NCBI GenBank assembly: GCA_963720265.1
Contig: CAVRET010000002.1
Coordinates: 520,704 to 584,703 of the forward strand
Length of the DNA stretch: 64,000 nucleotides
Direction: 5' to 3'
Source: an uncultured bacterium
GTDB taxonomy: Bacteria > Patescibacteriota > Saccharimonadia > UBA4664
Position numbers and translations under genes: made by a program. Position 1 is the first letter of the stretch. Every line of letters begins with the position of its first letter. The notes under the pieces are model-generated. The model was not told the DNA's origin, made no database searches, and saw only the letters and a list, made by a program, of their open reading frames with translations. Below are positions 52,986 through 62,068 of the stretch, piece by piece.

Positions 52986-54830
52986 ATGTCCAAATCAAAA
53001 TCAGCTGTCACGATAAGGCCTCTGCGCCTAGCCGACGTTGGTGCGCTGCACCGGTTATTCAATACCGCACTCGACACCGACTTCCAATACTTTCCAGCCT
53101 CGCACATTGGCAAGATCAGACGCCAAAATAGTCCATTGCACCTTGCCATAGCCAGGCTGCGCCACCACCGCCAGATCCTGGTCGCAGTGAAACGCCACGA
53201 CATTGTGGGATTCGCCTTTGCCAGTACTCAGGCGGAAGGCGTCGGCCACCTCTATTGGCTCTACGTTTCGCCTGACCTGCGCGGCCAAAAGCTCGGCGAC
53301 CGCCTAATGCAGGCCACGCTCGACGCGCTGAAACGCCGTGGGATGCACGCTGTTGAGCTTGTGACCTATAATTTTGATGGGTACTACCGCCGGCTTGGCT
53401 TTTGGGATCGTGGCACCACCAGTCAAGAGGGGATTGAACTGCACGTGATGCAGCATGACTTTCCGCCGCGAACCAAAGGAGCCGTCATTAAACGTAAAAC
53501 TCGCCGCACCCATGCCCATACTCGCCGCCGGAGTCTGATCCGCTTGCCGTTCTGGATTGGCCTGCTCGTGGCAGTAACCACGGCTGGGGTAGTGCAGAGT
53601 TACTATCCGGCCGACACGCCGTTTCAGGTCATCCCAGTGCCCGCGAGCAAAAAGCCAAAAGTTGTAGCCACGGTGCCAACTCAGGCACCCGGCGGCATCG
53701 TGCAAGTGGTGAGTGACCAAACCTACACGCCGGAACAAGTCACAGACTTTGCCAGGCAAAATTACGGCCCCACCTTTGCTGCCAGCAAGTATGCCGTTAC
53801 CTACGAACTTATTCGCTACCTCTCGACTGACCAAAACGGAAATCTCATCACTGATTACGCCGGCGTCTATGTTCCGCAAGGGGTCACCAACGCTTCAGTG
53901 TTCGCTATGGCGCCCGGCACCACCGGCGACTCGCCGACCTGTGCCGTGAGTCTCGAACAGCCGCAGGTGCGCAACTGGGCCAACTACCGCAGTTACATGA
54001 TGAGTTACGCCGCCAAGGGCTACGTCGGCGTCATCACAGATTACGACAACATGCGCGGCACCGACGGGCCGCAGCCCTATATGGTGGCCGAGGCCGAGGG
54101 CCGGGCTGTGCTCGACAGTATTCGGGCACTCAGGCACTTGCCGCTGGCAGTTCAGGCCAGTAACATGCACCGCGTATTTGTGGCCGGCTATTCACAGGGC
54201 GGACACGCCGCGTTAGCCGCCGACAGCATAGCGGCCACCTATGCGCCCGATGTCAGTATCGCCGGTGTCGTCGGCTGGGGGCCAGTTATTAATGTTGAGA
54301 CTACCTGGGCCGGCATAGGCCGCGGGTCCACGCTGGAATGGTTTGGCCCCTCTATCCTCGTCGGCTATGAGAATTATTATGGTCATCACTACCCAATTGA
54401 AAACATTTTGCAGCCGCAGTACGTTGGATCACTGACCACCGATGTTATGTCGCATTGTGTCGATAGTGTTATCCCGTTTTGGGGCACGCACCCGGAAAAA
54501 GTCTACACTGCCCAATTTCTGACTGATCTCAAGGCCGGTAACCTGCCCGAAGCACTTTACGGTGACCTCCAGGCTGACCTTGATGCCAACGATGTCGTCG
54601 ACACCTCGGATACGCCCAAGCTCTTGAACCAGGGTGCGCTCGATAACGTCGTGCTAGCCGACCAGCAACCCGCCGCGGTCAAGGCCATGTGCCATGACAC
54701 CACGCCGGTTGATCTCGCCATCTATCCCAAAGATACGCACTACGACCTCATGGTCGCCAGTTTCAACAATGTCCTCACCTGGATGCAAAACGTGCTCGCT
54801 CATAAGCCGCTGCCTACTACCTGTCCCTGA
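52986..54830 (+). CDS. fusion protein: N-terminal GNAT acetyltransferase, TM helix, C-terminal secretory-lipase-like (LIP family) alpha/beta hydrolase
   Basis: GNAT motif A (LYVSPDLRGQKLGDRLMQA), a TM segment (LPFWIGLLVAVTTAGVV), then a lipase nucleophile elbow GYSQGG and a C-terminal Cys pair. Confidence 0.6.
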   Translation: MSKSKSAVTIRPLRLADVGALHRLFNTALDTDFQYFPASHIGKIRRQNSPLHLAIARLRHHRQILVAVKRHDIVGFAFASTQAEGVGHLYWLYVSPDLRGQKLGDRLMQATLDALKRRGMHAVELVTYNFDGYYRRLGFWDRGTTSQEGIELHVMQHDFPPRTKGAVIKRKTRRTHAHTRRRSLIRLPFWIGLLVAVTTAGVVQSYYPADTPFQVIPVPASKKPKVVATVPTQAPGGIVQVVSDQTYTPEQVTDFARQNYGPTFAASKYAVTYELIRYLSTDQNGNLITDYAGVYVPQGVTNASVFAMAPGTTGDSPTCAVSLEQPQVRNWANYRSYMMSYAAKGYVGVITDYDNMRGTDGPQPYMVAEAEGRAVLDSIRALRHLPLAVQASNMHRVFVAGYSQGGHAALAADSIAATYAPDVSIAGVVGWGPVINVETTWAGIGRGSTLEWFGPSILVGYENYYGHHYPIENILQPQYVGSLTTDVMSHCVDSVIPFWGTHPEKVYTAQFLTDLKAGNLPEALYGDLQADLDANDVVDTSDTPKLLNQGALDNVVLADQQPAAVKAMCHDTTPVDLAIYPKDTHYDLMVASFNNVLTWMQNVLAHKPLPTTCP

Positions 54831-54847
54831 GGCCGAGGCATGCTAGT

Positions 54848-56044
54848 ATGGGTCGTATGGCAAGACGGCGCTTATCCGAATATCGCGCCAAGCAGCTTCT
54901 CGCAAGCGCCCTGGGGCAGCTCTATGCCGGGCTCGAACTCGACGCCGAAACCGATTGGCGAGCAGTACTCGCGGACTTACGTAGCCCACAGCATTACGTG
55001 ATAAAGGTTGACCAGGCTGTAAAGGGCCGCTTCAAGCAAGGACTGGTCCTACTCAATGTACCGGCCGCACAGACGCCCGCGGCCGCCCAGACATTATTTG
55101 ACCGGGGGTTTCGATACCTGCTGGTGGAAACCTACACGCCTCACGACCGTGTAGCTGAGTGCTATCTGGCGATCAGGCGCGGACGCGGAGCCGACGCTGT
55201 ACTGTTCTCGGCCAGCGGCGGGGTCGATGTGAACGAACATGCCGATGCGGTTACCGGCGCCGAATTCTCACCAGCCTCGGCCGGCGACGCCGAATCTGCG
55301 CTTGGCCTGACCACGGGCACATTGGAGCGCTTGCATGAGCTGTTTAATGCTGTCCATATGACCCTTCTCGAACTCAACCCACTCCTGGTTGTGGAGCATG
55401 AGCTCGTAGCACTCGATGTGGCGGCCGAGGTTGATGCCGCGGCCGAGCACCTCGTGGCCGGCCGGTGGACCGCCGGTGATCTGCGCCGGGCTGCCTTGTT
55501 GCCCGAGGAGGCCGCGGTTGAACAGCTTGGCGCCCACAGTCCGGCTTCATTTAGCCTCAAGCCGCTCAATCCGGACGGTGCCGTCTTCGTACTTTTGTCC
55601 GGCGGCGGCGCCAGCCTTGTGGTGACCGATGAATTTTGCCACCAAGGTTTTGGCCCACAGTTGGCCAATTACGGCGAATATTCCGGCGACCCCAGCGAAT
55701 CCGAAGTAGCCGATTATGTAAGGCAGGTGCTCTCGTTGCTCAAAAAATCCCAAGCTAAGGCCAAAGTGCTTGTCATCGGCGGCGGCGTGGCCAACTTCAC
55801 GGACGTGCGCACCACGTTCAAAGGCATTATTCGGGCACTGAACGAAGCGCAACCATGGCTACGTGAACACGACGTAAAAGTGTACGTTAGGCGCGGCGGC
55901 CCGCACGCGGCCGAAGGCCTCGCGCTCATGCGCGAGTTTCTGGATCAGGCGGGACTACTTGGCCTTGTGGCCGGCCCGGAACTCGGCTTGCCCGAGCTCG
56001 TTACGGCCGCTACCGCACGCCTTGGAACCAAGGCCGCAGCATGA
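54848..56044 (+). CDS. aclB: ATP-citrate lyase beta-like subunit (ATP-grasp, succinyl-CoA-synthetase-beta fold)
   Basis: 398 aa. Blocks NYGEYSGDPS, VIGGGVANFTDVRTTFKGII, and VYVRRGGPHAAEGLALM parallel bacterial AclB. Confidence 0.7.
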   Translation: MGRMARRRLSEYRAKQLLASALGQLYAGLELDAETDWRAVLADLRSPQHYVIKVDQAVKGRFKQGLVLLNVPAAQTPAAAQTLFDRGFRYLLVETYTPHDRVAECYLAIRRGRGADAVLFSASGGVDVNEHADAVTGAEFSPASAGDAESALGLTTGTLERLHELFNAVHMTLLELNPLLVVEHELVALDVAAEVDAAAEHLVAGRWTAGDLRRAALLPEEAAVEQLGAHSPASFSLKPLNPDGAVFVLLSGGGASLVVTDEFCHQGFGPQLANYGEYSGDPSESEVADYVRQVLSLLKKSQAKAKVLVIGGGVANFTDVRTTFKGIIRALNEAQPWLREHDVKVYVRRGGPHAAEGLALMREFLDQAGLLGLVAGPELGLPELVTAATARLGTKAAA

Positions 56045-57855
56045 GCATTATTCCCGACATTGAGCGCTTGCGCAGGCAGGATCCACGCATAATTGTTCTA
56101 GGCTCCCACCCGGCCGCTGTGCAAAGCATCCTCGACTTCGACGCCCTGGCAGGCCGGACCGCAGCCTCGGTTATGGCCATAATCGCCGCCGGCCGAAGAT
56201 CTGAGCGCTACTACTTTGGCCGCCGTGAGCTTATCCTGCCGGTCTATCCAGATATCACTGCCGTGCCGAAAAGGCTTCGTGTCGAGGCCGGCCTGTTTTT
56301 AAACGTGCTCTCCGGCCGCCGCGTCGCTCCTGCCACGCTCGCGGCGCTCGAACAGCTACCAAATCTCGTGGGTGGCGTAATTTTTGCCGAACGGCTGCCT
56401 GAGCTATCCTCGCTTGAGCTCGCTCGCGCCGCCACCAGCCGCAGCATATGGATCATCGGCGGCGCTAGCACCGGCCTACTCATTCCCGGCGCGCTCAAGC
56501 TTGGTCCCATTGGCGGCGTAACGCCTGAGCAGCTTATTGCAGCGCCCATTCACGCACCGGGCAACGTCGCGGTTGTGGCTGTTTCCGGCGGTATTACAAA
56601 CGAACTCATTCATCTCGTTACCTCAAGCGGCCATCTGGTGTCATTTGGCGCCAGCGTCGGTGGCGAACGTTACCCTTCGGCTGAGCCGGCCGACCTCCTG
56701 CTGGCAGCCGAATCCGATCCAGCTACCACGCACATCGTCTATTTTGGTGAACTCGGCGGCACGGACGAATACAAAATTGCCGAACTCATGCAAACCGGCC
56801 GGCTCACCAAGCCGCTGTACGCCTACATTGCCGGCCGCAGTGCCGAGCTGTTTCCCGAACCGCCCCAGTTTGGCCATGCCGGGGCACTCGCAAACAGTCC
56901 GGCCGAGTCGGCTGCTGCTAAATCTGCCGCCCTTACCGCCGCCGGCGCTCACGTTGCGCCCACTTTTGCTAACCTAACCGAGGACATTATGAATTTACCC
57001 AAATCAACCACTCAAACGTCCGCGCCCGCGGCCGCTGAAGCCATCACGGGTCGTCCGCCGGCCCGCTTGTTCGCCAGCACTATCTCCCGCGACCGCGACG
57101 ACGGCACAGTTGAAGTACTTGGCCAAACCTTGCTCGATTTCTCAAAATCCCATTCCTTTGCCGGGCTTGTAGCGGCACTCTGGCTCGGCCAGAACAAAAT
57201 TTCACCAGAACTCGAGGCTGCTGTCGATTTCATTCTGCGTGTCTCAGTCGAGCATGGTCCTTACCAAGCCGCTGCCATCAATACCGTCACATCTGCCCGG
57301 GCCGGTGTTGGCCTCACCCAGGCACTCACCGCAGGCCTGCTGACCATTGGCCCGCGCTTCGGCGGCGCCGTCAATCAATCGGCCGCCATTTGGCTGTCAG
57401 GCGTCAAAAATCATACGTCGGCCGCCGAGCTTGTCGAAAACTTGGCAGCCCACGGCGACACTATTGCCGGCATCGGCCACCGCAAGTATTCCCGTCACCA
57501 GCCCGATCCGCGCGTCGCCGAAATCCTCGCTTTTACCAAAACCCTAAAATCCCACCCATTCACCGACCTGGCGCTTGAAGTTGAGGCCATTACCACTATC
57601 AAAAAATCCATCCTCATCTTAAACGTCGACGGCGCCATCGCCGCCGTCCTGCTCGACCTCCTCCACGGCCCGCAGGGCTACGACTTTGTTGAGCTCCAAC
57701 GCCTGGTTGACGTTGAATTCTTCAACGCTTTCTTCATCCTCAGCCGCTCAGTCGGCCTCATGGCCCACTATTTCGACCAACTCCGCCTAGGCGAAGGCCT
57801 CTTGCGCCTCAGCCCCGACGACGTCGCCTTTGTCGAACAGCCAAATTCCAAATAA
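56041..57855 (+). CDS. aclA: ATP-citrate lyase alpha-like subunit (CoA-ligase domain with phospho-His loop plus citrate-synthase-like domain)
   Basis: Phosphohistidine loop FGHAGALAN. C-terminal LLTIGPRFGGAVNQSA resembles the ACL/citrate-synthase GxRFGGA block. ATGA overlap with aclB. Confidence 0.65.
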   Translation: MSIIPDIERLRRQDPRIIVLGSHPAAVQSILDFDALAGRTAASVMAIIAAGRRSERYYFGRRELILPVYPDITAVPKRLRVEAGLFLNVLSGRRVAPATLAALEQLPNLVGGVIFAERLPELSSLELARAATSRSIWIIGGASTGLLIPGALKLGPIGGVTPEQLIAAPIHAPGNVAVVAVSGGITNELIHLVTSSGHLVSFGASVGGERYPSAEPADLLLAAESDPATTHIVYFGELGGTDEYKIAELMQTGRLTKPLYAYIAGRSAELFPEPPQFGHAGALANSPAESAAAKSAALTAAGAHVAPTFANLTEDIMNLPKSTTQTSAPAAAEAITGRPPARLFASTISRDRDDGTVEVLGQTLLDFSKSHSFAGLVAALWLGQNKISPELEAAVDFILRVSVEHGPYQAAAINTVTSARAGVGLTQALTAGLLTIGPRFGGAVNQSAAIWLSGVKNHTSAAELVENLAAHGDTIAGIGHRKYSRHQPDPRVAEILAFTKTLKSHPFTDLALEVEAITTIKKSILILNVDGAIAAVLLDLLHGPQGYDFVELQRLVDVEFFNAFFILSRSVGLMAHYFDQLRLGEGLLRLSPDDVAFVEQPNSK

Positions 57856-57940
57856 ATCCTCTAAAAACAGGAGGACCCCACGAGCACGACGGCCCTCGTG
57901 GGGTTCCTGTCGCGCCCGCAGGGCATGATTGTGGTGGACG

Positions 57941-58561
57941 CTACCACCGGTTCGCCTGGCGCGTAACTACCAGGTCGCCGTGGCGTCGGTTGTGATCAGC
58001 GTGCATCTGGCCGCGTCGCACTACTGGCACACCGCGGTCCTGGGCGTCGTTAATGCGGCCCGAGATGAACTGGGCGATCGATGAGGCGGCTGCGACGTTT
58101 CCGGCGTCACCCAACCCACAGACCGCGACCAAGACCAGGGTATTGCCACGGCCGGCCATTTCACAGCTGGGCTCCGCAGGGAATCCCCAGCGGGTGTCGC
58201 TTGCCGGCACTTCGCGGCTCGGCCTCCTCATCATGACGCTGATGTACATCATCTGCAACGCCCAGGCCGTAGCCCTGACATCGCCGAATCGACAGCCAGC
58301 CAGTTCAAGCGGGTCGCCGATTGCGTGCTCGTAGCAACCGAGGTGGTTTGTGAGGTTGGCGATAACTCCGCCTGACTCGCCATCTGCAAGCAGAGACAGT
58401 CCGTCGACCGGCTGTCCGCGAAGGCCCAGCATGTTCGCATGGACCAAGTTGGCAATCGCGGCGCAGTCAACGGTCTCCTCCCACATCAAACTCGTCGGAA
58501 TCCGCTGGACTATATCACCCGTGACAATGAACTTATCCACGCACGAACCCTTCCATGTCAA
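57941..58561 (-). CDS. hypothetical protein (high-GC island)
   Basis: 206-aa ORF in a markedly GC-rich segment. Confidence 0.3.
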   Translation of the reverse strand: MTWKGSCVDKFIVTGDIVQRIPTSLMWEETVDCAAIANLVHANMLGLRGQPVDGLSLLADGESGGVIANLTNHLGCYEHAIGDPLELAGCRFGDVRATAWALQMMYISVMMRRPSREVPASDTRWGFPAEPSCEMAGRGNTLVLVAVCGLGDAGNVAAASSIAQFISGRINDAQDRGVPVVRRGQMHADHNRRHGDLVVTRQANRW

Positions 58562-58756
58562 ATCCGCGACTCGGCTACCGCGGATTGCGTTACCTTATAA
58601 TGGCACAAAATTGAAATAATTCAATACTATAAACCAGAAGCACTCCACGGAGTGGGCCGTGCCGTGAGGCACCTCTGGCCCACTCCGTGGAGTGTGGATG
58701 CGGGCGAATGGTCGCGTCGCCCGCGGCGGATGTGTTATGCGAAGTGCGGCCGGTCG

Positions 58757-59464
58757 TCAGCCCGTGGTGACCGCATCGTCCGCGGTCGCGTACTCGACCT
58801 GCAGGTTGACCAGGTGCGCGTACGGGCTCTCACCCGGCGGCGTGTTGCGGTAGATCAGACTGCCAACGAACATGGCGGCGGCGACCCCCAGAGTCGGATC
58901 CTCTATCTGGCTCGCGGCGCTGAATCCGCCGAGTCCCCACAGGTGCCCGATCTGGAACAGCTCCACACCACCGAACGGGAAGACGCCCATAGTAAAACGG
59001 CCCTGGTCGTCGACCGACGGGACCACGCACGGGAACCCGTACTCGTCGAGCACGAGCTCGAATGTGCCCTTGTAGTCGTTCTGCTCGAGGGCCGCCTGGA
59101 GCCAGCCCAGGGCCTTGCGGAAGACATTTGCCTGGTAGCGCGGCATCTCCACCGTCCCCGAGCCCCAGGCGACCGCCGCCAGCACACCGTACGGGTTCTC
59201 GGCCGCCGCCCGGACGAGGTCGTACGGGTCGCGGTACAGCCTTGAGACCAGGCCGCCGAAGTGCTGCGGCGCCTTCATGGTGAGCAGGGTGGCGCTGGTC
59301 GCGCCGTCCACGCGGACGATCCGATTCCTGGCGCCAGCCGCGATCAGGGGCTCCATGAAGGCCGAGGTCGAGGCGCCGAGGTCGACGCCGCGGTACACGG
59401 TCCTGATCGGGAAACGCAGCGTGTCGACGAAGCCGCCGTCCTGGAGGATCTGGAGCAGTTCCAC
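58757..59464 (-). CDS. hypothetical protein (high-GC island)
   Basis: 235-aa ORF, same orientation as its neighbour. No recognised motif. Confidence 0.35.
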   Translation of the reverse strand: MELLQILQDGGFVDTLRFPIRTVYRGVDLGASTSAFMEPLIAAGARNRIVRVDGATSATLLTMKAPQHFGGLVSRLYRDPYDLVRAAAENPYGVLAAVAWGSGTVEMPRYQANVFRKALGWLQAALEQNDYKGTFELVLDEYGFPCVVPSVDDQGRFTMGVFPFGGVELFQIGHLWGLGGFSAASQIEDPTLGVAAAMFVGSLIYRNTPPGESPYAHLVNLQVEYATADDAVTTG

Positions 59465-59609
59465 CTTCGATTCACATCCTTGTTGTCACTGCCGCGCCCC
59501 TCATGGACGCGATCATACACAGCTACCAATAATAGCATAAAAATAAAATTAGTCAATAATTCATGGCTAGGCCAAGCCGTAAGAACCGTCTATAATAACC
59601 ACGATCACC

Positions 59610-60473
59610 ATGACCTACCTCCAAGCCATCATCATGGGCCTGCTCCAGGGCGTGAGCGAGCTTTTCCCCATCTCAAGCCTTGGCCACAGCGTGCTCTTGC
59701 CCGCGCTTTTGGGCTGGCACAACCTCGTGGCCGCCCAAGACGCCAGCGAGTCATTCTTCCTGGCTTTTCTCGTCGGCCTGCACGTCGCCACCGCCCTTGC
59801 ATTACTCGTGTTCTACTGGCAAACCTGGCTCAAAATCATCAAAGGCTTCTTTCACACCGTCAGTACCCGCAAAATCAAAACCCCCAATGAGCGCCTCGCC
59901 TGGCTGCTCATTGTAGCCACCATTCCGGCCGCCCTCACCGGCGTCTTATTCGAACACGTCTTTCGGGTTATTTTTGCCAGACCCCTCTATGCCGCCATCT
60001 TCCTCACTATCAACGGCCTCATTCTGTTTACCGGCGAATACTTTCGCCGCCGCTCGGTCGAGCGCGCCAAAGCCGGTCGCACCCCCGCGCGCCGGCTCGA
60101 GAACCTAAGCTTTGGCGAGGCCGGCATCATTGGCGTGGCCCAAATCTTCGCCCTGCTCGCCGGCATCAGCCGCTCCGGTATTACCATGGTGGCAGGTCTT
60201 GCGCGCGGGCTCGACCACGAAGATGCCGCCAATTTCTCATTCTTACTCGCCACGCCCGTCATTCTGGCCGCCGGCGTCTACAAGCTGCCCGACCTACTCG
60301 GCTCCAACGGTAACGGTGTGCGCCCACAAATTCTCGTCGGCTCCATCGCCGCTTTCATTGCGGCCTACCTCTCGGTCCGCTTCCTCACCAAATACTTCCG
60401 GACCAAAACACTCACTCCCTTTGCCTGGTACTCACTAATCGTCGGTTTGCTGATGATCTTGCGCTTCGCCTAA
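59610..60473 (+). CDS. uppP: undecaprenyl-diphosphate phosphatase
   Basis: LLQGVSELFPISSLGHSV, SRSGITM, and ~8 TM helices: the BacA/UppP signature. Confidence 0.85.
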   Translation: MTYLQAIIMGLLQGVSELFPISSLGHSVLLPALLGWHNLVAAQDASESFFLAFLVGLHVATALALLVFYWQTWLKIIKGFFHTVSTRKIKTPNERLAWLLIVATIPAALTGVLFEHVFRVIFARPLYAAIFLTINGLILFTGEYFRRRSVERAKAGRTPARRLENLSFGEAGIIGVAQIFALLAGISRSGITMVAGLARGLDHEDAANFSFLLATPVILAAGVYKLPDLLGSNGNGVRPQILVGSIAAFIAAYLSVRFLTKYFRTKTLTPFAWYSLIVGLLMILRFA

Positions 60474-60479
60474 GCTATC

Positions 60480-60902
60480 ATGCCTACCAGTAATAAGGAG
60501 CCCGCCATGTTTGAACACACCCCCGCTATGAGCGGTTTTTCGGTCAAAAACATTGATGAAGCCAAGAAATTCTATGGCAATACGCTTGGCCTCAAAACAT
60601 CCGACGGTGAAATGGGCACACTCGCGCTCCATTTTGAAAACATCGGCCTGGTCATGATATATCCCAAAGACGACCACGAACCAGCCACCTATACAGTGCT
60701 CAACTTCCTGGTCGATGACATTGATAAGGCCGTTGACGAGCTAGCGGGCAAGGGCGTTGAAATGGAGCGCTACGGCTCGGACTTTCACCAGGACGAAAAG
60801 GGGATCGCTCGCGGCAAAAAGCACAACATGGGCCCGGACATCGCGTGGTTTAAAGATCCTTCCGGCAATGTCCTGGCCGTGATCGAAAACGATAAAAAAT
60901 AA
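60480..60902 (+). CDS. VOC-family (glyoxalase-like) protein
   Basis: VOC-fold length and pattern (FSVKNIDEAKKFYGNTLGL...). Confidence 0.55.
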   Translation: MPTSNKEPAMFEHTPAMSGFSVKNIDEAKKFYGNTLGLKTSDGEMGTLALHFENIGLVMIYPKDDHEPATYTVLNFLVDDIDKAVDELAGKGVEMERYGSDFHQDEKGIARGKKHNMGPDIAWFKDPSGNVLAVIENDKK

Positions 60903-60903
60903 G

Positions 60904-60956
60904 TCCAAAACGCAATCGAGCCGCGGGCCGGGAAAACTTTCCCGAGCCCGCAGCTC
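60904..60956. terminator. GC hairpin repeat copy A (degenerate stem)
   Basis: TCCAAAACGCAATCGAGCCGCGGGCCGGGAAAACTTTCCCGAGCCCGCAGCTC shares 30 nt with copy B. Confidence 0.4.
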
Positions 60957-61062
60957 GCGTCTACCACTCGAGAAGCACCGTCTCGCCGTGCCGCCCAGTA
61001 CATAGCTGTGTCACCAGCCAAAAAACTTCTTGGCGGCTGCGCCCTCCGCCCCTTTTCTGCAA

Positions 61063-61455
61063 TCACCGTCGCCTCCGCCAAGGCCGCGGCATCCGGCTCA
61101 CCCAATCCCTGACCGCGTCAACAGCCTCAGCGGCGATATCAAGCCCAGACCTAACCAAATCGGCAAGATCGCCCTCGATCTCGATCTTGAAATAGGCGGT
61201 TCCCGACTGGACGACGAGGGCCTGGGAGGCTAGCGCCCTCGCCTCGTCGTACTCCTTACGCCGCTTCTCGTCACTCAGCACCGAGTAGGCCTCGGAAATT
61301 TCCTTGAACCGTTCCTCAGCGGTCGCATCGCCCTCGTTCGCGTCAGGATGGTACTTCCGCGCGAGCTTTCGGTACGCAGTCTTAATCTCTGCCAGCTTGG
61401 CGGTCTTGCCCACGCCTAGTGCCTTATAATAGTCTTTATCCGCAAGTGAGCTCAC
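61063..61455 (-). CDS. J-domain (DnaJ-like) protein
   Basis: DYYKALGV...[13 protein letters not shown] with the HPD motif. Confidence 0.75.
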   Translation of the reverse strand: MSSLADKDYYKALGVGKTAKLAEIKTAYRKLARKYHPDANEGDATAEERFKEISEAYSVLSDEKRRKEYDEARALASQALVVQSGTAYFKIEIEGDLADLVRSGLDIAAEAVDAVRDWVSRMPRPWRRRR

Positions 61456-61529
61456 AAGCTCCTCCTAGGGGAATCGACTCCAACAAATTACGTCAGCCTT
61501 ATCCAGCTGGAGGCCGCTATTATAGCACC

Positions 61530-61582
61530 TCCAAAACGCAATCGAGCCGCGGGCCGGGAGAATTTCCCCGGGCCCGCGGCTC
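61530..61582. terminator. GC hairpin repeat copy B (near-perfect 16-bp stem)
   Basis: TCCAAAACGCAATCGAGCCGCGGGCCGGGAGAATTTCCCCGGGCCCGCGGCTC. Confidence 0.5.
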
Positions 61583-61616
61583 ATGAGCCCGCACGTCGGT
61601 CGTTTCGAGCACGACG

Positions 61617-61985
61617 CTACTGATACAACTTGCGCAGGACCGCGCTCACGAGCTTGCCACGCGCGAACGCGAGCAGAGTCTGGATTCGGCCGTATGAAAG
61701 CGTCATCTCCGACTCCATTTCTCCGCGAATTTGCCGCGCAGCTCGCTGCTCGCCCAGCGCGAAGCGCAGGCGAACCGCCTCAAGCTGGCGCGGTGAGAGT
61801 TTGGCAAGCCTGAGCAGATCGTTGAGCTGTTCGAGGTCTGGCGCGAGCCGGTCGACCAGAGCGTCCCGGTGAACCGGGTTGTCCCAGTTGGTTAGCATCC
61901 AGTTAAACAGTTCGCGGACGTTGTCCTGCCGGTAGATCGAACCCGGTATGGGCGTGTCCGTGGGAGGGACACCAGGGTCGGGCAT
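61617..61985 (-). CDS. sigma-70 region-4-like HTH protein (putative regulator)
   Basis: LSPRQLEAVRLRFALGEQ...TLSYGRIQTLLAFARGKL resembles sigma-70 region 4. Confidence 0.4.
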   Translation of the reverse strand: MPDPGVPPTDTPIPGSIYRQDNVRELFNWMLTNWDNPVHRDALVDRLAPDLEQLNDLLRLAKLSPRQLEAVRLRFALGEQRAARQIRGEMESEMTLSYGRIQTLLAFARGKLVSAVLRKLYQ

Positions 61986-62068
61986 GACTCTCCTTTACAC
62001 AGACGAATCAAACATTGAACAAGGTAGAATAATAACACAAAAACATACAAAAATCAATCGCAGCTAGT

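Noticed and set aside
57941-59464. Treating the 206-aa and 235-aa ORFs as one frameshifted 440-aa gene (e.g. a FabH-like condensing enzyme)
   Set aside because: There is a 195-nt gap between them and no convincing thiolase-fold motifs. They are kept as two hypotheticals.
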